Below, one piece after another: positions 46,721 to 57,487 of a DNA stretch of 64,000 nucleotides. Position 1 is the first letter of the stretch. Each line of letters begins with the position of its first letter. Source of the stretch: Candidatus Cloacimonadota bacterium (GTDB lineage: Bacteria; Cloacimonadota; Cloacimonadia; Cloacimonadales; GCA-2742885); contig PDOO01000029.1 of assembly GCA_002742885.1 (NCBI GenBank), forward strand, positions 9,043 through 73,042, written 5' to 3'. The notes beneath the pieces were generated by a model that saw only the letters and a program-made list of their open reading frames with translations, was not told where the DNA came from and searched no databases. Position numbers and translations under genes: made by a program.

Positions 46721-46751
46721 GAGTCTCGGTTTTGCCGAGACTCTTTTTTTT
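46721..46751 (+). terminator. rho-independent terminator of the grd operon
   Basis: GAGUCUCGG-UUUUG-CCGAGACUC (perfect 9 bp) followed by U8. Confidence 0.8.
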
Positions 46752-46846
46752 ATGTGAGATAAATGAACGGAGGAATCTTAATAAAAATAATATTTAAAAT
46801 TGTATTTAAAGTTCTCGGCATCGCAAGATTTATTTTAAAGACAATA

Positions 46847-47083
46847 ATCTGACTATGTTTTTCATTTTTTTGTACCGACAAAAGAACGAAACAAGAAAAA
46901 CTCCCGACGGTATAAAAACATCTGAAATCTCCGCAATCATGCTGAATTTTTCAAACTCCCGGCGCTCAACCGGCGAAAAATTCTTAACGCCTGATCTTGA
47001 TATTTCCGAGACGCTGTTTTTATAATGTCGGAAGCAGGAAATTCTTGATCGGGATGTTTTACATATTATTTTTATTTTATATG
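46847..47083 (+). repeat. direct repeat copy A (about 237 bp)
   Basis: It aligns along its whole length with 49876..50104, with scattered substitutions and one 9-nt indel. Confidence 0.9.
46997..47026 (+). promoter_or_regulatory. sigma70-like promoter inside repeat copy A
   Basis: TTGATA (46997-47002), an 18-nt spacer, then TATAAT (47021-47026). The same boxes and spacing are conserved in copy B. Confidence 0.4.
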
Positions 47084-47597
47084 TTTCCGAAATTAAAACA
47101 GGTTAAAATTCCCGTCCTCTGAAGATCTGCAGGCAAATTTATAATAAACTCCCTTCATTGCTTCGGCAACACCTGCAGGGACTGCCTCCTGTCTGCCTTT
47201 TATCTCCCTCGCCCTTCGGGAGAGGGTTAGGGGTGAGGGTTTTAAATCATCGCAAGACCGGCATATTTGACGGAACAGGGAAAATAAAAACGCAAAAATT
47301 GCAAAAAAACGTATCTTTTATATTCCCCGATTTCTCAAAGACGGTTTCTCCGGAATTTTTTTTAATAAAACCACATATTGTAAATAATATATAAAAATAT
47401 GTAATATGTTTTAAAACAAGAGATTACCCCCCCCAAATTTCCACGAACACAGAGCAATATTTTAAATTTATAAAAAAATACATGTTATTAATATTTTAAT
47501 TGACGATATTTTCAATTTGAATTTTTACAATTCTTGAAATCAGGCAATAAAAATACCAAAAAATTTATTGCCCGGAAAACAAAAAAAGGAGATGCAA

Positions 47598-49820
47598 ATG
47601 AAAAAATCTTTAATTATCATGATGTTGGTTTATTTTACTTTCGCAGGTGTTTTATTCGCCGGCGAAGGGATTTCTTTTAATAACGGCAAACTGACAAGTA
47701 AAAGTGCGACAAGTACAAAAAAAATCAGTAAAACACCCGAGTTCTCACAGGACAGAGGTTCAAAAAAAATTCTTTTTGAACAAACCGCTATAGAACCTGA
47801 TGAGGTTGATTGGTGGTCAATAGGCGTATCCGACATGGGATACCAAGAAATCGGTGACGGGCTCATACATGCGGACAATTTTTCCGTAGCCGAAGGAATT
47901 ATTACAAATGTAAAAGTTATCGGTCTTAATCTTTTTAACGGCGATGACTGGTCAGAAGCAGACGAAGATCCCATGAATTTTATCGTTAACTTTTACGAAG
48001 ATAACAACGGTACTGCAGGAGAACTTGTTTCTCACCAAGAGATTAACGGTATCTCTCGTGTTGCCAACGGAAATGATTATTTAGGTTTTATTGCTTACGA
48101 ATGGGACATTCCTCTGGAAACTCCAGTAAACATGCAATCCGGCTGGATTGCCGTTGCAGGTAACAATAACGACACTGAAGGTTGGTTCATGTGGGCAAAC
48201 TCTGCAGAAGGCGACAACGTTGAATATATAAACTATAACGACAGTGACGGCTGGCAGCTGTCAGAAGACGAAGGCAGACCTACGGACAGAGCTTTCACCC
48301 TTACGGGGGACTTTGTAAATACCGATGAATTGATTATCTCCGAAGTAAAAAGCAACGGGGATGCTTCTTATATCGAGTTTTACAATAATACGGATAAAGA
48401 CCTCGATTTGGAAAGCGTAAAAGTAAAATATTTCAATAACGGTTCCTCCGAAGCTTCGGAAACAAACTTATCCGGCAACCTTGAAACCGGAGAATATTAC
48501 GTAATTACTCGTAATCAAAATGCTTTTACAATCGCTTATCCCGGCAAAACAGTGAATGCGATATTCTCCGCAATGCTTTTGGACGGCGGTAAAGATGCTC
48601 TTGCTTTGGTTTGCAATAATCAAGTTATTGACCGTTTTAATGCCGAAGGAGCGGAAGCCGAGACATGGGATAACGGAGATCATTTTGTAAGAACCGATAT
48701 TTTGTCTTCGGGAGAATCTTTGGCAAACGATTGGGCAAAAACAAACGAGAACTCCACGCCCGGAGAAACAAATCAAGCCGACAGCGGAAGCGAATCAAAC
48801 TGGGAGCCGGATACAAATGTTGATTTCGGTTCAAACGGAACAGATCAGCCTGCCGTTGTCTTAAACATGAATAACGGCAATCTGCCCGGAGCAACGACGG
48901 TTGAGATAAAAAGAGGCAAGGACGTTCCCAATGCGGGCGAAGAAACCTTTGTAAAACGTTATGCGAAAATTAATTCCGAAAATCAGCCGAGCGACGCTTC
49001 CTTGAGAATTTACTACAAAGATTCCGAATTAAACGGATTGGACGAAAATAAATTGATCATTGTCGGTTATTGGGACGGATCATGGCATGAGTTCAATAAC
49101 GTAAACCGCAATGCAGATGAAAATTGGGTTGAAACAACCGGCATAAATCATTTCTCGAATTGGGCTTTAAGAGAGGGCAAAGACGGAAATCTTCCGGTTC
49201 AGCTTTCTTCTTTCGCGGCAATACAAACCTCGGACAACTGCGCCGAAATAGAGTGGGTAACGCAAACCGAAAACGATATGAGAGGATATTACGTTTACAG
49301 AGGATATTCGGAAAACATTACGGAAAGCAATAAACTGAATCCGGAAATTATCCCGGCTCACAATTCTCCGACAGCGGTAAAATATTCGTATAAAGACGAA
49401 ACGGTAAACCCGGGCGAAACATATTGGTTCTGGCTTGAATCCGCCGGAAATGACGGAGTCGTTAAAACTTTCGGTCCTCTGATTTTTACCTTGGAAAACC
49501 AAGAAGACGTTAATCCGGCGGATATCCCGGATGTTTCTTACTTAAATAATTCTTACCCCAATCCTTTCAATATTTCCAAAGAAAGAAACGGCGAAGTAAG
49601 CATCAGATTCGGCGTAAAAGAAAATGACGAAGCCGACCTTACCGTTTACAATTTGAAAGGACAGCTTGTAAAAGAATTTAAAAGTTACAAGCCGGGAAAT
49701 CATACCGTAAACTGGAACTTAAAAACCGAAAACGGAAAAAATGCAGAATCAGGCATTTATTTCTATCGCCTGAAAACCAAAACAACAGATATAACGCATA
49801 AGATGCTGATCATAAAATAG
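47598..49820 (+). CDS. secreted T9SS cargo protein with lamin-tail (LTD)-like domain
   Basis: I chose the start at MKKSLIIMMLVYF (AGGAG 6 nt upstream) over the track TTG at 47568. There is a signal peptide, an LTD-like 'LIISEVKSNGDASYIEFYNNTDKDLDL', and a C-terminal 'YPNPFN...LTVYNLKGQLV...SGIYFYRL...KMLIIK'. Confidence 0.75.
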   Translation: MKKSLIIMMLVYFTFAGVLFAGEGISFNNGKLTSKSATSTKKISKTPEFSQDRGSKKILFEQTAIEPDEVDWWSIGVSDMGYQEIGDGLIHADNFSVAEGIITNVKVIGLNLFNGDDWSEADEDPMNFIVNFYEDNNGTAGELVSHQEINGISRVANGNDYLGFIAYEWDIPLETPVNMQSGWIAVAGNNNDTEGWFMWANSAEGDNVEYINYNDSDGWQLSEDEGRPTDRAFTLTGDFVNTDELIISEVKSNGDASYIEFYNNTDKDLDLESVKVKYFNNGSSEASETNLSGNLETGEYYVITRNQNAFTIAYPGKTVNAIFSAMLLDGGKDALALVCNNQVIDRFNAEGAEAETWDNGDHFVRTDILSSGESLANDWAKTNENSTPGETNQADSGSESNWEPDTNVDFGSNGTDQPAVVLNMNNGNLPGATTVEIKRGKDVPNAGEETFVKRYAKINSENQPSDASLRIYYKDSELNGLDENKLIIVGYWDGSWHEFNNVNRNADENWVETTGINHFSNWALREGKDGNLPVQLSSFAAIQTSDNCAEIEWVTQTENDMRGYYVYRGYSENITESNKLNPEIIPAHNSPTAVKYSYKDETVNPGETYWFWLESAGNDGVVKTFGPLIFTLENQEDVNPADIPDVSYLNNSYPNPFNISKERNGEVSIRFGVKENDEADLTVYNLKGQLVKEFKSYKPGNHTVNWNLKTENGKNAESGIYFYRLKTKTTDITHKMLIIK

Positions 49821-49837
49821 CACAGGATTAAAAATTC

Positions 49838-49868
49838 AAATCCTCGGCAAAAGTCGGGGATTTTTTTT
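49838..49868 (+). terminator. rho-independent terminator
   Basis: AAAUCCUCGG-CAAAAG-UCGGGGAUUU (with G:U pairs) running into U8. Confidence 0.55.
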
Positions 49869-49875
49869 ATATGTT

Positions 49876-50104
49876 ATTCTAACGATGTTTTTCATTCTTT
49901 TGTATCGACAAAAGAACGAAACAAGAAAAACTCCCGACGGCATAAAAACATCTGAAAGCATTCTGAATTTTTCAAACTCGCTGCACTCAACCGGTGAAAA
50001 ATTCTTAACGTCTGATCTTGATATTTCCGAGACGATATTTTTATAATGTCTGAAGCAGGCAATTCCTGACCGAGATATTTTACATTTTATTCGTATTTTA
50101 TATG
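49876..50104 (+). repeat. direct repeat copy B (about 229 bp)
   Basis: See copy A. It begins 8 nt after the terminator of the T9SS cargo gene. Confidence 0.9.
50018..50047 (+). promoter_or_regulatory. sigma70-like promoter inside repeat copy B
   Basis: TTGATA (50018-50023), an 18-nt spacer, then TATAAT (50042-50047). Confidence 0.4.
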
Positions 50105-50279
50105 ATGACGGTTACAAAAGTTGCCGGGATAATCTCGAAAAATATTTAAAATACCCGATATATAATTTTAAATTTGACTCAAAATTAATTAAAAGATAAA
50201 TTGTATATCAACAGTGAGGCAAAAAAACACATAGTTCGGGACACTCCCGATTTTTAAATTTCAATAAAGGAAATTAATT

Positions 50280-50924
50280 ATGAAAAATATAAAAAAAATT
50301 GTAAAATTACTGAAAGAATTTCCTCTTTCCACTTCTGCTTATCATCTGAATCCTGAATATTTGCTGGATTTGGATGAGTTTTCTGCCTCATGCTCAATTG
50401 TTTTTGAATATATCGAGAAAACGAATACTGAAAAATGGTATTATATTCGAGACTTTTCTGAAATTGAAGAAGGTCCCGTAATCTTTTATGATTTACCGAC
50501 AGCTGACGATTTATTTATTCGTCCCGAAAGTTCCGATTTCTGGATTCCTTCGCGTTTGCTGGATTTTATTGATACAGAAGAAAAAAAAGAACTTCTTGAG
50601 CCGGTAACTCTTTGTACTTCCGAATCAGTTCACGGCTGCGTCATAGAAGAAACAAAAGGAGTTGTTTTCGGTATTTCCAGGCATAAAAGTTCTGTTTTCG
50701 GAGAAATTATCGGGACGGTAAAAAACTTATTCAAATCAACCTCGGAAGAAGATATTATTATATCGCTCAGTAACCGATTTCGCGCAATTGACCGCATTGT
50801 CAAAGCGGCTCGCAGAAAAAATTGTAATGCTGTTATTTCCTTAAGATTCAATCAAGTCTGTCCTGATTTTTCTTCCCGAGAATTTACATTTTACGGCACA
50901 GCCGTTCGCATATCCAAAAAATAA
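50280..50924 (+). CDS. hypothetical protein with C-terminal YbjQ/UPF0145-like domain
   Basis: The C-terminal 'GVVFGISRH...AIDRIVKAARRKNCNAVISLRFNQ...FTFYGTAVRI' resembles the YbjQ family (A..GANAV...GTAV). The N-terminal roughly 110 aa are unassigned. Confidence 0.5.
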   Translation: MKNIKKIVKLLKEFPLSTSAYHLNPEYLLDLDEFSASCSIVFEYIEKTNTEKWYYIRDFSEIEEGPVIFYDLPTADDLFIRPESSDFWIPSRLLDFIDTEEKKELLEPVTLCTSESVHGCVIEETKGVVFGISRHKSSVFGEIIGTVKNLFKSTSEEDIIISLSNRFRAIDRIVKAARRKNCNAVISLRFNQVCPDFSSREFTFYGTAVRISKK

Positions 50925-50995
50925 AAAGCTTCCGCATCTTTAAAAGAAACGGAAGCCGATAATTATATTCTGCAATAAACCTCAAACAAAATCAT

Positions 50996-53824
50996 TCATT
51001 TAAGATATTTTTTTAAGTATTGTCCTGTGTAGGAGTTGGGATTGGAAGCTATTTCTTCAGGAGTTCCGGTACCGATTATCATTCCTCCTTCTTCGCCTCC
51101 TTCGGGTCCCAAATCAACAATGTAATCAGCGCATTTTATAACATCCAGATTATGTTCTATCACGATGACGGTGTTGCCCATTTTTACCAAACGTTTCAAT
51201 ACTTTCAATAATTTTTTTATGTCGTCAAAATGAAGTCCGGTAGTCGGTTCATCCAAAATATACATGGTTTTCCCGGTGCCTGTTTTGCTCAATTCTCGAG
51301 CCAGTTTTATTCTTTGAGCTTCGCCTCCGGAAAGCGTGGTTGAAGATTGTCCGAGTTTGATGTATTCCAAACCGACATCGGCGAGAGTTTGCAGTTTTTT
51401 ATTTATTTTAGGTATATTTTCAAAAATCTCAATTGCTTCCTGGACATCCAAATCAAGCACTTCCGCAATATTTTTTCCTTTGTAGCGAACCGATAAGGTT
51501 TCCTTTGTGTAGCGTTGTCCTCCGCAAACTTCGCAGGTTACGAATATATCCGGTAAAAAGTGCATTTCAATTTGTTTTACGCCTGCTCCTCGGCAGGATT
51601 CGCAACGTCCTCCTTTCACGTTAAAAGAAAAACGTCCTGACTTATAACCTCGTATTTTTGATGCGGGCAATTCGGCAAATATTTCTCTTATCGAATCAAA
51701 TAATTTTATGTAAGTTGCGGGATTGGAGCGAGGAGTTCTTCCTATAGGCTGCTGATTTATGGCAATAACTTTATCAAAGTGTTCGATTCCTTCCACTCGC
51801 AGATGCTTGCCTGGTTTATGGGATGATTTGTTTAAAGCATTGGCTGTTACGGGATATAAAATTTGATTTATCAGCGAGCTTTTCCCCGAACCTGAAACGC
51901 CTGTTACGCAATTAAATGTTCCGACCGGAAATTCAACGTCCAAAGATTTTAGATTATTTTGAGAAGCTCCTGTTATTTTTAATTTTCTGCTGTCAGCTTT
52001 GATTCGTTCTTTCGGAATCTCTATTTTTAACTCCCCTGACATATATTTTCCCGTTAAGGATTTTTTGTTTTCCATTACTTGTTGCAAGGTTCCTTGAGCG
52101 ACTGCTTCGCCTCCGTTTACGCCTGCTCCGGGTCCGAAATCTATGATTTGGTCAGCGGTTCTGATCATCTCTTCGTCATGTTCCACTGCCAAAACCGTAT
52201 TGCCTGCATCTCGCAATTGACACAGCATATTTATCAGTCGCGCATTGTCTCTTTGATGCAATCCGATACTCGGTTCATCTAAAATATACATGACGCCGAC
52301 GAGAGAATTTCCTATCTGACCGGCTAAACGTATTCTTTGGGCTTCTCCTCCCGACAGCGTCGGGGCTGAGCGATCCAAAGTCAAATAATGCAAACCTACG
52401 TTAATCAAAAATCCGAGTCTGGCTTTGATTTCTTTTAAAACGTCTTTGGAAATAATTTCGTCATTTCCCGTTAATTCTATCTCTTCGAAAAATTTATGCA
52501 AATCTTTTATTGAATAAGCAGTAAGTTCATCAATTGTCTTATTTTCGACTTTTACCGCCAAACTTTCGGGACGCAGTTTTTTGCCTTTGCATTCGGTACA
52601 GGGTTTGTTGGAAAGGAATTGTAAATAATATTTTTTCATGTACTCGGAATTGGTGTCCTGAAATCGTCTGGCAAGAGCGGGAATAATTCCTTCATAACCT
52701 GATTTGGGAATTACGTAACGTCCGAATCTGTTCTTTTTTGCCAATTTGAAATTCTTGCCTTTCTTTCCCCAAAGCAAAAAATCCCTCATTTGTTTGGGAA
52801 TGTCTTTCCAAGCTGAATCTAAGGAAAATCCGAGTTCTTCGGAAATTTTTTTTATTTTTTTAAATCCTTGGCTGTCTTTTTTTTCGCCTATTTTTCCCCA
52901 TGGAATGACTGCTCCTTCCTGAATACTCAAATCTGAGTCCGGCACAACCAATTCCGGATCGAATTCAAATTTGGAGCCGAGACCGTTGCAGGCGGGACAC
53001 ATTCCCAGAGGACTGTTAAAAGAAAATCTTTGAGGAGATAAATCCGGATAACTTATGCCGCATTTATTACAGGAATTTGACTCGGAGAACATCTTCGTTT
53101 CTCCTCTTTCGATAAAATCAACTTTCAAAAATCCCGAGGTTAATTTCAATGCGGTTTCAATTGAATCAGCCAATCTTGCTTCAATTCCCGGTTTTACTAT
53201 AAGTCTGTCCACAATAATATCAATATTGTGTTTGCTTTTTTTGTCCAAAATTATTTCTTCGGACAGGTCTCTTATTTTTCCGTTTATCGAAACCCTGACG
53301 AATCCTTCTCTTCTTGCTTCTTCGAGTTCTTCTTTATGTTCCCCTTTTCTGTTTTGAACAACGGGGGCAAGAATTTGAATTTTTGTTCTTTCCGGATTGT
53401 TCATGATTCTTTTAACCATTTGATCAACCGTTTGAGAACCGGCTTCCTCACCGCATTTATAACAATGTTGAATACCGATTCCGGAAAAAAGAATACGCAA
53501 ATAATCGTAAATTTCGGTTACTGTTCCCACTGTGGAACGGGGATTTTTGCTTGTTGATTTCTGTTCGATGGAAATTGCCGGAGAAAGCCCGTCTACATAA
53601 TCAACTTTCGGTTTTTCCATTTGTCCCAAAAATTGTCTGGCGTAAGAAGACAAAGATTCGACATATCTTCTTTGTCCCTCTGCATAGAGAGTATCGAAAA
53701 CAAAAGAGGATTTTCCTGATCCCGAAACTCCCGTACAAACTACGAGTTTATTTCTCGGGATTGTTATGTCTATATTTTTAAGGTTATGCTCGCGCGCTCC
53801 TTTAATTCGAATTTCTGTTTTCAT
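50996..53824 (-). CDS. uvrA: excinuclease ABC subunit A
   Basis: 942 aa. There are two ABC modules ('GVSGSGKSS' twice, 'LSGGEAQR' twice) and zinc-finger Cys clusters 'CNKCG...CPACNG' and 'CESCRGAG...CEVCGG'. Confidence 0.95.
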   Translation of the reverse strand: MKTEIRIKGAREHNLKNIDITIPRNKLVVCTGVSGSGKSSFVFDTLYAEGQRRYVESLSSYARQFLGQMEKPKVDYVDGLSPAISIEQKSTSKNPRSTVGTVTEIYDYLRILFSGIGIQHCYKCGEEAGSQTVDQMVKRIMNNPERTKIQILAPVVQNRKGEHKEELEEARREGFVRVSINGKIRDLSEEIILDKKSKHNIDIIVDRLIVKPGIEARLADSIETALKLTSGFLKVDFIERGETKMFSESNSCNKCGISYPDLSPQRFSFNSPLGMCPACNGLGSKFEFDPELVVPDSDLSIQEGAVIPWGKIGEKKDSQGFKKIKKISEELGFSLDSAWKDIPKQMRDFLLWGKKGKNFKLAKKNRFGRYVIPKSGYEGIIPALARRFQDTNSEYMKKYYLQFLSNKPCTECKGKKLRPESLAVKVENKTIDELTAYSIKDLHKFFEEIELTGNDEIISKDVLKEIKARLGFLINVGLHYLTLDRSAPTLSGGEAQRIRLAGQIGNSLVGVMYILDEPSIGLHQRDNARLINMLCQLRDAGNTVLAVEHDEEMIRTADQIIDFGPGAGVNGGEAVAQGTLQQVMENKKSLTGKYMSGELKIEIPKERIKADSRKLKITGASQNNLKSLDVEFPVGTFNCVTGVSGSGKSSLINQILYPVTANALNKSSHKPGKHLRVEGIEHFDKVIAINQQPIGRTPRSNPATYIKLFDSIREIFAELPASKIRGYKSGRFSFNVKGGRCESCRGAGVKQIEMHFLPDIFVTCEVCGGQRYTKETLSVRYKGKNIAEVLDLDVQEAIEIFENIPKINKKLQTLADVGLEYIKLGQSSTTLSGGEAQRIKLARELSKTGTGKTMYILDEPTTGLHFDDIKKLLKVLKRLVKMGNTVIVIEHNLDVIKCADYIVDLGPEGGEEGGMIIGTGTPEEIASNPNSYTGQYLKKYLK

Positions 53825-53825
53825 T

Positions 53826-55070
53826 TTACCTCCGCCGGTTTTTTAAATTTTCGTTACGATTTATTTCCGGCTGAAATACGCAATTAAGATGTTTTTGTTT
53901 ATCTATGCGTCTGATGACAAAAACCTCAAAACTTTTTCCCGTCCGAACAATAAAAATTGTTTTTTTGTTTTTGCCTTCCGGCTTTAATTTTTTTCTCAGA
54001 TCTTCAACGGTCATGTGAAAACCTCTGGTTTTGACGGTTAAATCTCCGATTTTTTCTTCTTTTAATTTTTTTTTCAGATTTCGCAGGTTATAGGGAAATT
54101 GTTCTTCTGTTCTGTACCAGGTTCCCGTCATGTCTTCCCGATAAAAATCTGATGTCAACAGAGCAATATTTTCATTTATGAAATTAAGTTTGTATTTAAA
54201 GGCATCCTGTTCAATCAACCCCGCTCTTATAACCGCCGGATCAGGTTCATAAAGATATTTCCCCGGTTCTGATACCGATTTAAAGCCGGGATCGTTTGAT
54301 CTGAGATAAGAAATATTTCCCTCAGAAGAAATTATTACGGCTTTTTTCCGGGCTTTGTCTTTCAGACTTCCGAGCGTCAAAAGAATTTCTTTCAATTCTC
54401 CGCCTGACGAAACAAATTCCAATCCGAATCCGACATCTGTTTTTATAACGGAATAATTCATCGCCGGAGAGAGTTTTATCATTATATTTTTATTATATTT
54501 TGATATTTTTAGAAGGTCGTAAAGGTTCGGAGACAAATCTTCCGGTCTTATTTTTCGTTTATTCCCGATGCGTCTGTCCGGATCACAAAAAACGGCATCG
54601 ACTTTATCCGCAAATTCTTCCGCTTTTTGACATTTAAAAGTTATATTCTTTATATTTCTGACTTTTGCGTTATACTTTGCGATCTCCAAAATTTCGGGAT
54701 CGAGATCAACCGCCGTAACTTTATTTTTACCGTCGCACATTGCAATAAGATCCATGCCGGCTCCGCAACAAAGGTCAGCTTTTCGAGGATAATCTTTTAA
54801 TTTCAAAGCATGATATTCGGCTGCCGGTTCAGGAGTTGCCTGTTGAAGAGATTTATCGGTAAAGATGAACTTATCGGCATTCGAAAACTTTTTTTCGGCT
54901 CTGAGGCGCAATTTATGAAGAGAAATTAAATCGCCTGCGGGCAGATCCGGATATTTTTTTCTTAATCTTGTGATCTCGTTAATCGAAAAATCTTTTTTCC
55001 CTCGAATTTCATCTTGAAAAGAAGAGTCTTTTCCCGACCTTAAAACATCAATCAGCCGGTAAATATCCAT
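53826..55070 (-). CDS. class I SAM-dependent methyltransferase with THUMP-like C-terminal region
   Basis: '[14 protein letters not shown]' is SAM motif I and 'VFCDPDRR' is motif IV-like. The architecture resembles the Bacteroidota-type THUMP-like methyltransferases, from memory. Confidence 0.7.
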   Translation of the reverse strand: MDIYRLIDVLRSGKDSSFQDEIRGKKDFSINEITRLRKKYPDLPAGDLISLHKLRLRAEKKFSNADKFIFTDKSLQQATPEPAAEYHALKLKDYPRKADLCCGAGMDLIAMCDGKNKVTAVDLDPEILEIAKYNAKVRNIKNITFKCQKAEEFADKVDAVFCDPDRRIGNKRKIRPEDLSPNLYDLLKISKYNKNIMIKLSPAMNYSVIKTDVGFGLEFVSSGGELKEILLTLGSLKDKARKKAVIISSEGNISYLRSNDPGFKSVSEPGKYLYEPDPAVIRAGLIEQDAFKYKLNFINENIALLTSDFYREDMTGTWYRTEEQFPYNLRNLKKKLKEEKIGDLTVKTRGFHMTVEDLRKKLKPEGKNKKTIFIVRTGKSFEVFVIRRIDKQKHLNCVFQPEINRNENLKNRRR

Positions 55071-56364
55071 TAGCTTTTTTCCAATTTTTTATCCAACGCA
55101 ATGTTTTGAAATACTTGCTTTGAGCATTCCATAAAAGGTAACCTTTACCTTTTGCGTTTTTTATTGCCGTAATTTGAGCTGCTACATACTCCGGAGTATA
55201 ATTTACTTTCCAGCTGTTTGCCTGGATATAAGGTATAACTTTGCAGTCTTTTTCGGAGTTTTTATCGGTAAGCGAGACAGCTTTGTACAATATGTCGTAA
55301 GGCTCATTTTCCACATTTTCCCTGTATCCGAAGTTTGACGAAAAATGAGATGAATAAACCATGGGATGAATTTTTGACAAATGTTTGGTCATAAAAGAAA
55401 ATTTTTGTCCTGTATTTTCCACATCAACCCTTCTTTGCCATGAAGAAATAGCAAAAACATCTGCTGTCAAATCAACGTCATACCGATCGCAAATAATTTC
55501 CGCTTTTCGGCAAAATTCTTTTATGATATCGTATTTTTTTCGTCTTATATGAGTTGAATCGCGTAAAATTTTTAATGAATCTTCCGTTTGAAAATAAAAA
55601 ATAGCATCTTTTATTTTTCCCTGAGTGGGAAACCTGACATAATCCATTTGAATTTCATCAACTCCTTGACTTGCCGCCTGAGAAATCAATTCCAGCAAAT
55701 CTCGTTGAACAAGCGGATGAGAAGAATCAAGCCAAGACGGTTTTTTGCGTTTTGACTCGACCCAACGCTTTCCCGTTTTTAATCTCGGGCAGAAAGAAGA
55801 ATCTTCTCCGGCAATATAAATATCATGGAACATAACCATTCTGGCGACTGCTCGAAATCCTTTTTCGTGAAGCATTTCAACCGTTTCCGGAATATTTATT
55901 ATCGATAATTTATTGTGAGGCAGTTTAAGTTTTTTGTCGTCAAAATCGAAAAAGATATTACCGTCCATATTTTTTAAGTCAAAAACGACTGTATTTAATC
56001 CTGCTCCTGAAGCGGAATCCAGCAAAGCCGGGAAACTTTTTGATTTAACTTTAAAAGCGCTGACATAAAGACCTTCGGTAAATTCATTTTCGGCAAGATG
56101 TTTCATTGATTTTTCGTTATTCGGAGAAGAATATTCTTCCGGTATGTCGCCGTCGGAGTCGTAAAAATCGTTTTTGTAAGCTTTTGCAATTTCATTTTCC
56201 AAAGAATCTGTTATTGTTTCTGTTCCGGTAAACTCTTCCTTGTTTTTGTTTTTCATTTGTGTTTCCGGATGATTTTTATATTTTTTTATATTGTCTGTCT
56301 TACACGAAATCATAAAAATCAGTAAGCTCAAAATAATCGTTATTTTTCTCATTCTGTCCTTCAT
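55048..56364 (-). CDS. putative TIM-barrel glycoside-hydrolase-like lipoprotein (COG1306-like)
   Basis: Lipobox 'FMISC'. 'GLNTVVFDLKNMDG', 'VARMVMFHD' and 'GVDEIQMDYVRFP' blocks recall the GHL/DUF4015 family. Confidence 0.55.
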   Translation of the reverse strand: MKDRMRKITIILSLLIFMISCKTDNIKKYKNHPETQMKNKNKEEFTGTETITDSLENEIAKAYKNDFYDSDGDIPEEYSSPNNEKSMKHLAENEFTEGLYVSAFKVKSKSFPALLDSASGAGLNTVVFDLKNMDGNIFFDFDDKKLKLPHNKLSIINIPETVEMLHEKGFRAVARMVMFHDIYIAGEDSSFCPRLKTGKRWVESKRKKPSWLDSSHPLVQRDLLELISQAASQGVDEIQMDYVRFPTQGKIKDAIFYFQTEDSLKILRDSTHIRRKKYDIIKEFCRKAEIICDRYDVDLTADVFAISSWQRRVDVENTGQKFSFMTKHLSKIHPMVYSSHFSSNFGYRENVENEPYDILYKAVSLTDKNSEKDCKVIPYIQANSWKVNYTPEYVAAQITAIKNAKGKGYLLWNAQSKYFKTLRWIKNWKKANGYLPAD

Positions 56365-56617
56365 AAAATAAATTTCAGGTAAGATTCCAATCTTTCGGTT
56401 TAGTGTCCAGAAAAGAATTTTATCTTTTATTTAACATCTTAATCCGAAATATTATAAATAAAAAAATGTCCTGCTTGCAACAGCCTGTGTTCAATAAAAA
56501 AAATCAGGGAAACCGGTTTAAATATAAAAAATTGACAAGATTAAGCAATATTCAAAAACAGTTCAAAAAAACGTTAATCTTAAAACTTGCTCAGGCAAGG
56601 ATGAACGGCAGGTTATA

Positions 56618-57394
56618 ATGAAAGAATTTCCCCGAAGAAGAATAAAATTTTTTGAAGAACAATATTGGTATTCGCAAAATTTTTTGCAAAAGTATTTGGA
56701 TATTTCCGATTATGAAAATTTAAACATTCTGGAAACCGGATCGGCAGAAGGCGGAAGCATAAAATTTTTTTCGGAACAAAAAGCAAATTGTTGGGGAGTG
56801 GAAATTTCAAAAGGCAGAAGCGATTTTTCGATTGAATATTGCCGAGACAAAAACATAAATTTTATCTGCGGAGACATCTGTAAAAACGAAATTGTCGAAA
56901 AACTTCCCGAAATGGACATAATCATTATAAGGGACGTTATCGAGCATATTCCCGATAAAATAACGGCATTAAAAAACATGAATCGTCTTCTCAAAAAAGA
57001 CGGAAAACTTTTTCTTTCTTATCCTCCGAAATATTCTCCTTATGCCGGACATCAGCAAAATGTAAAAAAAATTATCGGCAGACTTCCTTTTATCCATTTA
57101 TTGCCGAAATTTATCTACAGAATTTTTCTTAAAGCCGCTCAGCAAACGGATCAGAGGATTGAAGGATATATGGACGTAAAACGAGATATGATCTCAATCC
57201 GTAAAATTGAAAATTATTTTAAGCGGACTAATTATAAAATTTTGAAAAAAGATTATTACTTTATTCGTCCTTGTTTTGAGAAACGATTCGGTTGGAAACC
57301 TCGCAAACTTTTTTTGAGTAAAATTCCGATTTTAAAGGAAATGTTTACTGTCGGCGCATTGTATGTTCTGGGCAAAAAAACACAGCGGCAATAA
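56618..57394 (+). CDS. class I SAM-dependent methyltransferase
   Basis: 'ILETGSAEGGS' is motif I. 'IIIIRDVIEHIPD' and 'LKKDGKLFLS' are typical Methyltransf_11/23 blocks. Confidence 0.75.
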   Translation: MKEFPRRRIKFFEEQYWYSQNFLQKYLDISDYENLNILETGSAEGGSIKFFSEQKANCWGVEISKGRSDFSIEYCRDKNINFICGDICKNEIVEKLPEMDIIIIRDVIEHIPDKITALKNMNRLLKKDGKLFLSYPPKYSPYAGHQQNVKKIIGRLPFIHLLPKFIYRIFLKAAQQTDQRIEGYMDVKRDMISIRKIENYFKRTNYKILKKDYYFIRPCFEKRFGWKPRKLFLSKIPILKEMFTVGALYVLGKKTQRQ

Positions 57395-57487
57395 ACAGAT
57401 TTACAGATTGTTGAAAATCATATCGGATCATGCGTGAATCCGTAAGACATAAAAATTCCCTCGCAATAAATTTATTCTGGAGAACCA

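Noticed and set aside
46855-47025. Calling the repeat-borne 56-aa and 53-aa ORFs as confident protein genes.
   Set aside because: The indel preserves the frame, which is intriguing. However, neither copy has an SD, synonymous and non-synonymous differences are roughly balanced, sequence conservation continues equally beyond the stop codon, and the stop overlaps a conserved -10 box. I kept this as an open question in the findings rather than as a feature.
47158-47394. A 78-aa ORF ('...SPSPFGRGLGVRV...').
   Set aside because: It is a translation artefact of the GC-rich hairpin element. It has no SD and non-protein-like sequence.
56403-56618. A 71-aa ORF in the divergent intergenic region.
   Set aside because: It is Lys/Asn-rich and low-complexity, has no SD, and overlaps the likely promoter region for 56618..57394.
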